The translations under genes were made by a program, and so were the position numbers. From Dendrobates tinctorius (lineage: Eukaryota), in NCBI RefSeq assembly GCF_039654945.1, contig NW_027361774.1:620001-684000 (forward strand): a stretch of 64,000 nucleotides of DNA, in the 5' to 3' direction. Shown here piece by piece: positions 37,853 through 50,600 of this stretch. The notes beneath the pieces are model-generated. The model ran no database searches, was not told the origin of the DNA, and saw only the letters and a list, made by a program, of their open reading frames with translations. Position 1 is the first letter of the stretch; each line of letters begins with the position of its first letter.

Positions 37853-40800
37853 TACTATTTATTTATAAAGCACCATTGGTTCCATGGTGCTGTACATGAG
37901 AAGGGGTTACATAGAATTACAGATATCACCGACAGTAAACAAACTAACAATGACAGACTGATACAGAGGGGAGAGAGGACCCTGCCCTTTCGGGCTTACA
38001 TGCTACAGGATGGTGGGGAAGGAGACAGTAGGTTGGGGGGTTGCAGCAGTTCCGGTGTTGGTTGAGGTGATATCTGCGGTAGTGGTTAAGAGGTAGTGGA
38101 GTCATTGCAGGCTGTAGGCTTTTTTGAAGAGGTGGGTTTTCAGGTTCCGTCTGAAGGATCCGAGTGTGGTTGATAGCCGGACGTGTTGGGGCAAAGAATT
38201 CCAGCGAATAGGGGCACTTCGGGAGAAGTCTTGGAGGCGGTTGGGTGAGGAGCGAATAAGTGTGGAGGAGAGAAGGAGGTCTTGGGAGGACCAGAGTTTA
38301 CGTGAGGGAAGGTATCAGGAGATTAGTTCAGAGACATATGGGGGAGACAGGTTATAGATGGCCTTGTAGGTCAGTATTAGTAAATTGAATTGGATACGCT
38401 GAGGGAATGGGAGCCAGTGAAGAGATTTGCAGAGGGGAGAAGCAGAGGAGTAGCGAGGAGAGAGATGAATTAGTCAGGCGGCAGAGTTAAGGATGGACTG
38501 GAGAGATGCAAGGGTGTTAGCAGGGAAGCCACAGAAAAGGATGTTGCAATAGTCGAGGTGGGAGATGATGAGGGCATGCACAAGTAGTTTAGTAGATTGA
38601 GAGTTGAGGAAGGGACAGATTCTGGAAATATTTTTGAGCTGGAGGCGGCAGAAGGTGGAGAGAGCTTGGATGTGCGGTTTGAAGGACAGGGCAGAGTCAA
38701 GGGTTACTCCCAGGCAGTGGACCTCGGGTAGGGGGGAAAGCGTGATGTCAATTGTTATAGAAATGTCGGGTAAGGAAGATCTGTGAGATGGGGGAAAGAT
38801 GATGAGTTCAGATTTGTCCACATTGAGTTTGAGGAAGCGAGAGGAGAAGAAAGAGGATATGGCTGATAGACACTCTGGGATTCTGGAGAGCAGTGAGGTG
38901 ACGTCTGGGCCAGAGAGGTAGATCTGAGTATCATCGGCATAAAAGTGGTACTGGAATCCATGGGACTCCATGTTGCCCCAGGCCAAGTGTATAGATTGGG
39001 AAGAGTAGGGGTCCTAGAACAGAGCCTTGGGGGACTCCAACAGAGAGAGGGTGGGATGAGGAGGTAGTGTGGGAGTGGGAGACGCTGAATGTGCGGTTGG
39101 AAAGGTATGAGGAAATCCAGGATAGGGCGAGATCTTTGATGCCGAAGGAGGAGAGGATGTGTAGTAGGAGGCAGTGGTCAACTGTGTTGAAAGCAGAGGA
39201 CAGGTCTAGAAGGAGGAGTATAGAGTGTTGTCCCATAGATTTGGCTGTAAGTAGGTAATTGGTAATTCTGGTCAGGGCTGTCTCAGTGGAATGATGGGGG
39301 CGGAAGCCAGATTGTAGATTGTCAAAGAGCAAGTTAGATGAGAGGTGGGAGGAAAGGTGAGCGTGGACATGCTGCTCCAGGAGTTTAGAAGCGAATGGGA
39401 GCAGCGATATTGGGCGATAGCTAGATGTGGCTATTGGGTCGAGGGTCGGCTTTTTAAGGATAGGCGTGATTGTGGCATGTTTGAAAGCAGAAGGGAAGGT
39501 ACCAGAAGTAAATGATAGGTTGAAGAGGTGGTTTAGGGATGGAATAAGAGTGGTGGCGAGGTTGTGGAGGAGGTGAGATGGCATAGGATCAAGTGCACAA
39601 GTGGTGAGGTGTGATTTGGAGAGATGAGCAAGCTCCCCTTCAGTGATGTTATATAGGGAGGTTATGGGGTTTGGGCTTTGGTCTGGTGTGTAAAGGGGTT
39701 GTGGTGGTTGAGCAATAAAGACATGCCATGTTTGGGCCATCTTGTTTTTGAAGTGTGCGCAAAGTCCTCGGCAGAGATGAGGGAGGTTGGAGGGGGCAGT
39801 GGTGGGTGGAGGAGGGAGTTAAAAGTACTGAACAACTGTTTGGGGTTGTGGGATAAGGAAGATACAAGGGATGTAAAGTAGGCCTGTTTAGCAGAGGTGA
39901 GGGCAGATTTGAATGCAAGTGTTGCTTGTTTTAGTGCAGTGAAGTCGTCTTGCGAATGCGTTTTCTTCCAGCGCCGTTCTGCAATTCTGAATGCTTGCCG
40001 AAGCTTTTTAGTGGTGTTATTGTGCCAGGGTTGTCTATTGATTCGTCGCACTCTGTTATGCATGACAGGGGCGACCGGGTCGATGGCTGATGCAAGAGTG
40101 GCATTGTAGAAACTAGTGGCAGTGTCTGTGTCGTGGAGTGAAGATATGGAGGACAGTGGTAGAATAGAGTAAGAGAGTTTGTGAGTGTCTAGATGTGTGA
40201 GGTTTCTGCGGGGGTGCGCATGCTGCTGGACATGGGTGACAGGTGAGGAGGACAGGGATGAGAAAGTGCGTAGATGGTGGTCAGATAGAGGGGAGGTGGT
40301 GAAGTTAGAAAGACAGCAGAGGCGGGTGAAAACCAGGTCTAATGTATGTCCGTCTGTGTGGGTGGCTGAGGAGGACCACAGAGTGAGTCCAAAGGATGAT
40401 GTAAGGGACAGGAGTTTGGAGGCTGCTGAATGGTGGTTGTCAATGGGGATGTTGAAGTCACCCATGATGATGGTGGGAATGTCAGCAGAGAGAAAGTGAA
40501 GGAACCAGGTGGAGAATTGGTCAATGAAGGCAGTGGTCGGACCTGGAGGTCGGTACAGGACGGCCACTTGGAGGTTGGAGGGAGAGTAGATGCGGACAGA
40601 GTGGACTTCAAAAGAGGGGAGGATAAGGGAGGGTAGAGGTTGGATTGGGTTGAAGCTGCAATTGGAAGAAAGGAGAAGGCCCACTCCCCCGTCATGTCTG
40701 TTGCCAGGGCGAGGAGTGTAGGTGAAGTGGAGGCCACCGTAACCTAGCACAGCAGGGGAGGCAGTGTCGGAGGGTGTCAGCCATGTTTCGGTGAGGCCAA

Positions 40801-42001
40801 GGAAGGAAAAATTACGAGAGGTAAAGAGGTCGTGAATCACATGGAGTTTATTGCAGATGGAGCTGGCATTCCAGAGTGATCCAAAGAGTGGGAGCAGGGT
40901 GGTGGGTGTCAAGGGCATGGATTTGAGGTGGGAAAGATTTCTGGTGTTTGTGTTGATTTGGGAACGATAGAAGGGGGTAATAATGGGAGGTATGGGCTGT
41001 GGGGGTCCAGGGTTGAGAGATATATCGCCAGCAGTGAGGAGAAGCAGAGAGAGGGAGAGCATGTGGGAGAAGGAGGGTGGGTGGCTTGTTTTGTATTTTA
41101 TTAGGAGAGCTCTGAGGTCAAGGAGCAGGTCAGCAGAGGAGGTCAGGTGGGGAGGCCAGAGGGAAGAAGAGATTATTATTTGGTTAGCGGGTGATGGGGT
41201 TTGCGGATAGCGAAGGAGAGTGAGGAGTAGTGGAGCCAAAACTGTTAGTGAGTATGTCAGCATGGTGAGAGTAATATAAAAGGCAAAAGAAATTTAGTAC
41301 ATCTTAATGCAGCAGTTAGTCATACCTTCTGGTCACTTCAGGCTCATTTCAGATGTTATCCTTAGAAAACATCCTTGCAATGACAGACCGAGGTCAGACA
41401 GACCTCTTAGTCTGAATTTATACTAACTTAACAGCACATGAAAGGGCCCAGGTGTGATCAGAAAGGGAGGAGCAGCAGGGAGACTGGATGCAGACACAGG
41501 AGACGATTAATTAAAGTCACAAGAGGAAATGCAAAGGGAGATAGTATTGCAGCCAGAACACATACCAGTGATAGCAGACAGATACAGGGGTGATTGGGGT
41601 TCAGGAAAGCTGGGTGATGATGGTATTGCAGCCTGAACACATACCAGTGATAGCAGACAGATACAGGGGTGATTGGGGTTCAGGAAAGATGGATGATGAT
41701 GGTATTGCAGCCGGGATACATACCATTGATAGCAGACAGATACAGGGGTGATGATGGTATTGCAGCCGGGATACATACCATTGATAGCAGACAGATACAG
41801 GGGTGATTGTGGTTCAGGAAAGATGGGTGATGATGGTATTGCAGCCAGAACACATACCTGTGGATGAAGCAGATCAATTGTCAGAGTGATAGTAATAGTG
41901 AAGCATAGTAATAATAATAATGAAGCATCTAGAGCAAGGGAGTCATTTTCAGGCATATTTCAGATGTTATCCTTAGAACGACATCCTTGGAATGACAGAC
42001 C
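37853..42001 (-). mobile_element. L2-clade LINE, near full length, in intron 2 of gene A
   Basis: APE domain (LTETWL, MGDFN, TLDL, SDH); RT (YRPISLL, QSGFR, LDLSSAF, GVPQGSVLGP, YADD) with frameshifts; 3' tail TTTATAAATAAATAGTAATAAT; GACATTAT at both junctions. Confidence 0.93.
41545..41860. repeat. 79-bp tandem repeat in the L2 5' region
   Basis: ATAGCAGACAGATACAGGGGTGA units at 41571, 41650, 41729 and 41784. Confidence 0.85.
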
Positions 42002-42895
42002 GACATTATACAGTAACACTATGAAGAGATCGGGGGGGATTGACGGTATCATTGTGTGTGTCAGGTTCCTATAAGGTGTCACGATGTCGCTGTCTATTTC
42101 TCCATGGAGGAGTGGGAGTATATAGAAGGACACAGAGATCTATACAAGGACGTCATAATGGAGGTTCCCCAGCCCCTCACATCTCCAGGTAATAGACAGG
42201 ACTAAATACTCACCGCATATAATATATGTAGAGAATGAATTCAGTCCCTGCATGTGTTTCCTCCAGATCTATCCAGTAAGAGGACAACACCAGAGAGATG
42301 TCCCCGTCCTCTTCTTCCACAGGACTGTAACCAAGAAGATCCCAGTGTTCCTCAGGATCATCAGGTAGATGGAGAGAAGGTGTCAGGAGATCTCCCCTAT
42401 GATGTGTAGACGGCTGTGAAGGTCTTGTGCTCAGTCTTGTTTTATCCACCAGTATTATATGTTTTATACTTGTGTGATGAGAACGGTAGAGATGGCAGGA
42501 TTAGAGCTGACACCAGTGACCGGAGGTAAACTTTTTACCTCCAATCACAGCTGAGCGGTTATGCTGTGTTCTGACAACGTGGGAACCACGGCTCTGTGAC
42601 CGGCGGGGATGATTTTACCGCCAATCAGAAGCGCTACACCGGTGTTTACCGCACCTTCACACAGCTTGGGAAACACCGGCTTTTGTGCTGTGCATGATCG
42701 GCTATATTCTGCTATTAAATCAGCAAAAGTGTTGTGCCTGCCATCTGATGTATATACTTCTCATCAAGTTCTTGTTAAGTGAAGGAAAGTCTATTTTTTA
42801 ACTTTGGTCTCCCTCATTCATCTCCATACTATCTGGTCTGGGCCTACAACGACAGCATGCAATCTCCGGAGTCGGGAGATATGACTCTGCTATAA

Positions 42896-42971
<76 letters not shown>

Positions 42972-42978
42972 TACTATA

Positions 42979-44353
42979 CTAGATGGTGGCCCGATTCTAA
43001 CGCATCGGGTATTCTAGAATATGTATGTAGTTTATTTATGAAGATTTAAGAATAATGCAATGAATGTTCGGGCGGTGTAGAAAATTGCTTTGGAAAGGCT
43101 TCTGGAATCGACTTTGGGATTGCCCCTTGCAGACCTGGGGGGCTGGACCCTCATCTGACCTTGTTTTCCCTGGGCACACCGCTGGTGAAGTTTCCCTCTC
43201 TGCCTGCTGCACGCGCCATCTTCTTCCTTTGTGGTGACGTCACCGCTACCCGATGTTCGGCCGGTGTGGAGATTTCCTTCTGAACAGTATCTGCGTCCTG
43301 CCTTATGCTTGCCCTTTGCCGAACGGGGTTTTTTCGCCCTCCTCTGCTCAAGTTAAGGCAGGGCACATCGTTGGTGAAGTTCCTGTGGAGGACTGCTGCG
43401 GCGCCATCTTCCTCCACCTTCAGTGACGTCCCCGGGCGCGACCAATCAGCGACGCGGGATTTCCGTTACAGACAGAATTAGACGAATATATATATATACT
43501 AGATGGTGGCCCAATTCTAACGCATCGGGTATTCTAGAATATGGCCAAATTCGCATGCGTTTTGCCGCAGAAAACATGCTTTTTTCACGCGCGGAATTCA
43601 AGCGCATACCAAACGATTTGAAGCATCACTTGGAATGTGATTGACAGGTTGGTCACACTTGTGAAGCATAGTGTTTTTGACAATTGTGATCAACTTTTTA
43701 CTATTGATTGAAACCACAATTTTTTGCAAGTATTTAAATAGGCACTTCAACACATGAATCCACACTTGCGGGTAAAAAAGAATATTACTCCTTCTTATCC
43801 AAAATGAAGCGAACCACAATTATATTACCAACATGTAACTTTATTAAACAAAATAAAGACATTTAAAATTGGCTACATATTCATTGTTTCCTGATAACCT
43901 ACCCCAAAAGGGGAAAAAAAAACAGCAGACAATTATCTCTGTTTTGTTTAATAAAGTTACATGTTTTTAATATAATTGTGGTTCGCTTCATTTTGGATAA
44001 GAAGGAGTAATATTCTTTTTTGTCCGCAAGTGTGTATTTTTACTATTGATGATGCCTATGCAGCATCAATAGTAAAAGATAGCATGTAAAAGAGAATAAA
44101 AAAAAATTAAAAAAAGGTTATTCTCACCTTCCGACGGTCCCCGGACTCTTTCTTTCCTCTCCACGCTCCCGGCATCTTCCGTTCCCAGTTATGCTTAGCG
44201 CGAATTACCGGAGATGACGTCACTCTCGAGAGCGCGATGCTTGCGAGATTGCGACGTCATCAGCGGTCTTTCTTTTAAACTTTTGCTACAAATAAACTAC
44301 GGACTTTCAATATGGATCGGTGAGTGCTTCAGTCCTTACTTTCTTTGATGGTG

Positions 44354-44400
<47 letters not shown>
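42979..44400 (-). mobile_element. Two tandem non-autonomous Helitron-like elements in (TA)n (repeated near 53107 and 63678)
   Basis: Minus-strand 3' ends: hairpin CCCGATGCGTTAGAATCGGG about 7 nt before CTAG|T, at 42979 and 43499. Confidence 0.6.
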
Positions 44401-44403
<3 letters not shown>

Positions 44404-44616
44404 TATATTCTGTATATATGTGTGTATGTGTATATATATATGTTTGGCAGAGTCATATCTCCCGACTCTGCAGATTGCTGCTGTCATTGTATTATTACAC
44501 AGGATTCTTATGATGTTACATCGGATCATCTTCTTCTCATTCAGGTCTCTACAATATCGGATCCTCTCAGTGAAGATCTTCTACAGAAGAGAATTTTCCT
44601 GATTTACCCATCAAGG

Positions 44617-47600
44617 ATGGATATGGACAGAGACAAGATGGCGGAGAGGATGTTACACCTCACCCTAGAGATCCTCTTCCGTCTCACTGGAGAGGTGAGA
44701 GACTCTGATGACGTCACATTACATCATTCTTATCTATGGGAATAACAGATGGACAGAACTGGAAAGGTGAGGACTCTGGAAATGTCTGTAGTGAGATTTA
44801 TTAATGTGTCTCTCCATAACCAGGATTACACAGTGGTGAAGAAGACCTCTAGTGATCACTGTCAGGACCCTGTGTCTGAGGGATGTGGAAGACCCCTGAA
44901 CTCAATCACGGGGCCTCCACCTCACCCCCTGATCCATGAGGACATCAATGACCAGAAGATCCTAGAACTCATCTACAAGATGATTGAGCTGCTGACTGGA
45001 GAGGTGACACTGCTGGGAATGCTGGGACATTATACAGTAACACTATGAAGGGATCGGGGGGATGACGGTATCATTGTATGTGTCAGGTTCCTATAAGGTG
45101 TCAGGATGTCGCTGTCTATTTCTCCATGGAGGAGTGGGAGTATTTAGAAGGACACAGAGATCTGTACAAGGACGTCATAATGGAGGTTCCCCAGCCCCTC
45201 ACATCACCAGGTAATAGACAGGACTAAATACACACGGCCTATAATTATCTGTATGTAGAGAATTAATTCAGTCCCTGTATGTGTTTCCTCCAGATCTATC
45301 CAGTAAGAGGACAACACCAGAGAGATGTCCCCGTCCTCTTCTTCCACAGGACTGTAACCAAGAAGATCCCAGTGCTCCTCAGGATCATCAGGTAGATGGA
45401 GAGAAGGTGTCAGGAGATCTCCCCTATGATGTGTAGACGGCTGTGAAGGTCTTGTGCTCAGTCTTGTTTTTTCCCCCAGTATTATATGTTTTATACTTGT
45501 GTAATGAGAACGGTGGAGATGGCAGGATTAGAGCTGATCATAGATGGGACTTCTCCATCTGTCGGTGACTTTTACAATATTTGTTTCAGGGTGAAGGTCT
45601 GACCCATCTTAATACTACAGAGACATATGTGAGAGATGATGAGTGGTGTAAAGAGAAGATTCCCACATATGACTACCCAGGTGAGTAGTAACCACTGAAT
45701 GCAGAGAAGTCACAGATTCCTCTCAGTCACCGGCTGTGGCTGCTTTATCGGTGGTGTAGTCCGGCCGTATTACCATGATCACCATTTTGCCTCTAGACCA
45801 CAACATTCTCCTCCACCCAAAACTGTTCAAATGACTTTGGGCATTGAAAGCCCTTTTCTATAGAACTTACAACCTGGAGGATCCACCTACTCCCTGGTAT
45901 TAGTGTGAGGGTGATCCCTTAAAGAGAGATCTATATGATTACTTGTACCTAACCCAATATAGGCCGAGTGCGCGCTTAAAGAGTCACACCGAACACAGAG
46001 TTAGATGTCTACTCCTTTCTCAGCAAAGGCTTGCACACAACTGAAGTTTATTCTCAAGACAAAGAGACAGGAAATGGGTGTCACACCATCTTCTGAGTAG
46101 CCAGTGTCAGTCTATGATAGGTCCATTTCAGCTTCACTTCCATATATGGTATCCAGTATCTCAGCTTCTGCATTCCAAGGATTCCTTCCAAGGTGTTGTC
46201 TGAAGACACAGACGCCATCTTGGTACACCATATCTGAACTGACTTATATAAGGTTAGCTGCGTTGTACAGTACCATGAAAGTGAATGTAAATTGAAAAAC
46301 GCTGTGCACATGCTGCAGAAAAATCTGCGTGGAAACGCTGCGGGTTCATGTCAATTCTTTGTGCGGATCTGCAGCGTTTCTGCACCCATTGACTTGCATT
46401 AAGTCGGGCATATCCGGAGCAAAACCGCAGATCTAAAAAAGATCTGCGTTTTTGCTGTGGATGAAACGCTGCAGATCGGGAGGGGGGGGAAGAGTGGGGG
46501 CGGCGTGTCGGCGGAGACTGTCTGCTTGTGTATGTGTGTGGGCGGTGACTGTGTGCGTGTATGGGCCTGTGTGTGCGGGGGTCATCAGGCGGTCTGCCGG
46601 GCTGTGCGAAGGTCATTAGGCATATGTCAGGGCTGTGCGGGGGTCATTAGGCATATGTCGGGGCTGTGCGGGGGTCATCGGGCGGTCTGCTGGGCTGTGC
46701 GGGGGTCATTAGGCATATGCCGGGGCTGTGCGGGGGTCATCGGTCGGTCTGCCGGGCTGTGCGGGGGTCATTAGGCATATGTCGGGGCTGTGCGGGGGTC
46801 ATTGGGCGGTCTGCGGGTCTGTGCGGGGGTCATTAGGCACATGCCGGGGCTGTGCGGGGGTCATTAGGCATATGTCGGGGCTGTGCGGGGGTCATCGGGC
46901 GGTCTGCTGGGCTGTGCGTGGGTCATTAGGTATACGCCGTGGCTGTGTGGGGGTCATTGCGCGGTCTGCCGGGCTGTGCGGGGGTCATTAGGCATATGTC
47001 GGGGCTGTGCGGGGGTCATTGGGCGGTCTGCCGGGCTGTGCAGGGGTCATTAGGCATATGCCGGGGCTGTGCGGGGGTCATTGGGCGGTCTGTCGGGCTG
47101 TGCGGGGGTCATTGGGCGGTCTGCGGGGCTGTGCGGGGGTCATTAGGCATATGCCGGGCTGTGCGGGGGTCATTAGGCATATGTCGGGGCTGTGCGGGGG
47201 TCATTGGGCGGTCTGCTGGGCTGTGCAGGGGTCATTAGGCATATGCCGGGGCTGTGCGGGGGTCATTGGGCGGTCTGCCGGGCTGTGCGGGGGTCATCAG
47301 GCGGTCTGCTGGGCTGTGCGGGGGTCATTAGGCATATGCCGGGGCTGTGCGGGGGTCATTAGGCATATGCCGGGCTGTGCGGGGGTCATTAGGCATATGC
47401 CGGGGCTGTGCGGGGGTCATCGGGCGGTCTGCTGGGCTGTGCGTGGGTCATTAGGCATACGCCGTGGCTGTGCGGGGGTCATTGGGCGGTTTGCCGGGCT
47501 GTGCGGGGGTCATTAGGCATATGTCGGGGCTGTGCGGGGGTCATTGGGCGGTCTGCGGGGCTGTGTGTACTACAAGTCCCATCGGGCTATGCCTGCTACA

Positions 47601-50600
47601 CTGTCAGTGCTTATACACTTAGATAGGAAGGAAGGATCATCCCCGCGCTGCCGCAAGAAGAATTCCAGAAATTGTAGAGGTGTTAACGTGGTTTCTTCTA
47701 CGTGTTTGGGGGGTTCAGGTGACCCCTTCATCAGGACATACCACAAATATTGTACCAAATCATTCTCAAACACTATCCGAAGCCAGGAAACATCTAGAAA
47801 AGATTAAATTACAAATTAATCTAATTTAAAGATAAAACCACTGCTGCCCCGAAGACACTGAGAGGTAATAATAAATCTGGGACCAAAGGAGCCAACTCTA
47901 ATTCGGATCTGTCCAGTTCTCTCCCTCTTTCACTTCTTGAGTTCTCCATTCATGATACCACTCCAAGCATGTTGGTACCTTCACTAACCACTATCTCATT
48001 AGGTCCTGACGACCCTGATACCTCCACTCCACCAGCCCCACCAATGACACTATTGTAGTGGATCATTCAGATGCCTCTAAATCCGGGACGGTTCCTCTTT
48101 TACCCCGGGCAATAAAAAAACTCCCAACTGAACCAATTTTTTGTACCCAAAACCGTAAAAATAAAAAGCACTACAGAGGAACTAGGGGAGGGAGAAAAAG
48201 AGGAAAAATACCACCTTAACCCCTCCATCGCTAATGAATTAACTTCTAATATTTGTAATCTTTCTGACTACAAACTCTCTGAAAGTGAGGAATCCCTCCT
48301 ATCTAGAGGATTGTCCTTCTGTCTCTCCAACAAACCTAAGGATTTTAATTTATTTTTAGATTTACAAATTTTCATAAGGAAATTAAACCTTAAAAGACAT
48401 TTCTTTATTAAGGAAAATAAATCCAACCCTCCAACCAACACAGAAAATACTGAAGAAACAGATGAATGGTTTCACCTGAACGTACCTGCTAAGTCTAAAT
48501 TTTATCCTGTTGAGGACAAAAGCCACCATCTATCTATTATCTATCTATCTATCCTTCTATCTATCTCTCTATCTATCCTTCTATCTATCTATCTATTATC
48601 TATCTATCCTATAGCTATCTATCTATTTCTCTATTTATTTATCCTTCTATCTATTTATCCTTCTATCTATTATCTATGTATCTGTGTGTTATGGAGTGTG
48701 GGTTGGACAAATGTAAATGAGGAGGTTGGACAGAAATGACATCACAAATCTTTTTTTTTTGTTAAATAAGATATCTTTATTTAGCTTACAAAAACGCATA
48801 CAAATCCGCCTGAAAAACCGCAGCAAAAAGGCATCAAAGACGCAACTGAGTTTTCTCCCAAGAACTGTGGATTTTGTGCGGAAAAATCCGCGGCAAAATC
48901 TGCAACGTGTGCACGCAGCCTAAATGTTGTTTGCGCACACTGCAAGACTCAGAAGTGAGAGCGGATTTTGCTGGATTGGTTTATGGAAACCTTGTTGCTT
49001 TTCAGCAGCCTTTGAGCCACTAATAGTGCGGGAACCTCTGTTTTTCCATTGACACATGATGGACCTGAGTGAGGACTTGTTTTTTGTGAGATGAGAATTG
49101 GTGTTATTTTCGCCTACATAACATTGATTGGTTTCTTTATATTTGATACTAGATGTGTGCCCGATGCTATCGCATCGGGAGGGCAGTAACATCACGATGG
49201 GGGCAGCTTTGTGGTGCTGGGGGTGGCGGCCCACCCACTTCCATGCAGTCACAACTGGCAGGAAAGACTTTGTTTTGCGATCTGTGCTGGAGATGGTGTG
49301 CGGCGCTTCCAGAGGGTGGCCGCACCCAATCTCCAGCACAGGCCTCAAGTCGCAGTCTTTCCTGGTGACTGTGACTGCATGGAGGTGGGTGGGGAGGCAG
49401 CGGTGGGATCCGGCGCATGTAGTCAGACAGTGGGTCCTGGCGGGGGTCTGGCGGTGGCATCCCTCTCATTACTCCCCCCTCATTACACCCTCTCATTATA
49501 CCCCCTTTATTACACCCCTCTCTTTATACCCCCTCGTTACACCCCTTTAACAGCCTCATGATCGCAGTGATGGCCGGGATCCGAGCGGTGGCCGGGATCC
49601 GAGTAGCGGTCGGGATCCCAGCGCCGGTAGGGATCACAGTGGCAGCCTGGATATAAGCGGCAGCTGGGATCCCAGGGGTATTCGGGATCGCAGCTGCGTC
49701 CTGGATCTGAGCGGCATCACTTGGGTGTACCAAAATAGCGGTCGGCGTACTTCCGGTGCGGCGCAGTGGATTGTGGGATTCGGGGACATCCAGATGGAAG
49801 TGGATGACAGACAATTTAAGGCAATTATATATATACATTTGGGAGGCAGAATGAACAAACAGTTGAACACCGCACACTACTGGCTCATCCAACAAGGTTT
49901 TCAATTAGACTGTGAACTGTCATTGTCTTGGTAAATAAAGTTTTTTACATAGCTTGCCATTTTTTAAGTAGAAGTGTTGAAAAATATAAACCTCAAGGAT
50001 ATTTTATTTAAAAAAATTGTTTATTATGTTAGATGACTGTACCAGGAGATCAGAGGGACAGCTGACATCTTCAATTTTTAAATCTGATGATCTTGATATC
50101 CTACAAGATACACCTGAAATGAATGCCGTTACTCCAGACACATCATCATCCATTCACAGCAAAGATCTGTCATCTGAACCTATGAAACATGTCCCATCTT
50201 CTGATTCTTTACTGACTACTAAGGAAAATCAAAGTCACAAAAGAGGCATTAAAAAACAAACTGCTCCTAAAGCAAAGAAGTCATTTTCATGTTCAGAATG
50301 TGGTAAATATTTTACACGGAAATCAGATTTTGTTACTCACCAGAGAATTCACACAGGGGAGAAGCCTTTTTCATGTTCAGAATGTGGGAAATGTTTTAAT
50401 CATAAAGGGAATCTTAATGAACACCATAGAACTCACACAGGGGAGAAGCCTGTTTCATGTTCAGAATGTGGGAAATGTTTTATCAATAAATCAGTTTGTG
50501 TTAAGCACCAGAGAATCCACACAGGAGAGAAGCCTTTTTCATGTTTAGAATGTGGGAAATGTTTTGCACATAAATCACATTTTGTTACCCACCAAAGAAC

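Larger units (their letters stand above)
37436..42364 (+). pseudogene. ZNF gene A: four intact N-terminal/KRAB exons but no exon 5 or finger exon (truncated, or a 5' extension of gene B)
   Basis: Exons 37436-37513, 37643-37822, 42065-42188 (KRAB-A-like [11 protein letters not shown]) and 42267-42364 with GT-AG sites; intron homology to gene B breaks at ~42510. Confidence 0.8.

Noticed and set aside
43885-43925. Possible hammerhead (CTGATAA..CCCC AAAA GGGGAAA)
   Set aside because: Core mismatch and no stem III or cleavage triplet.
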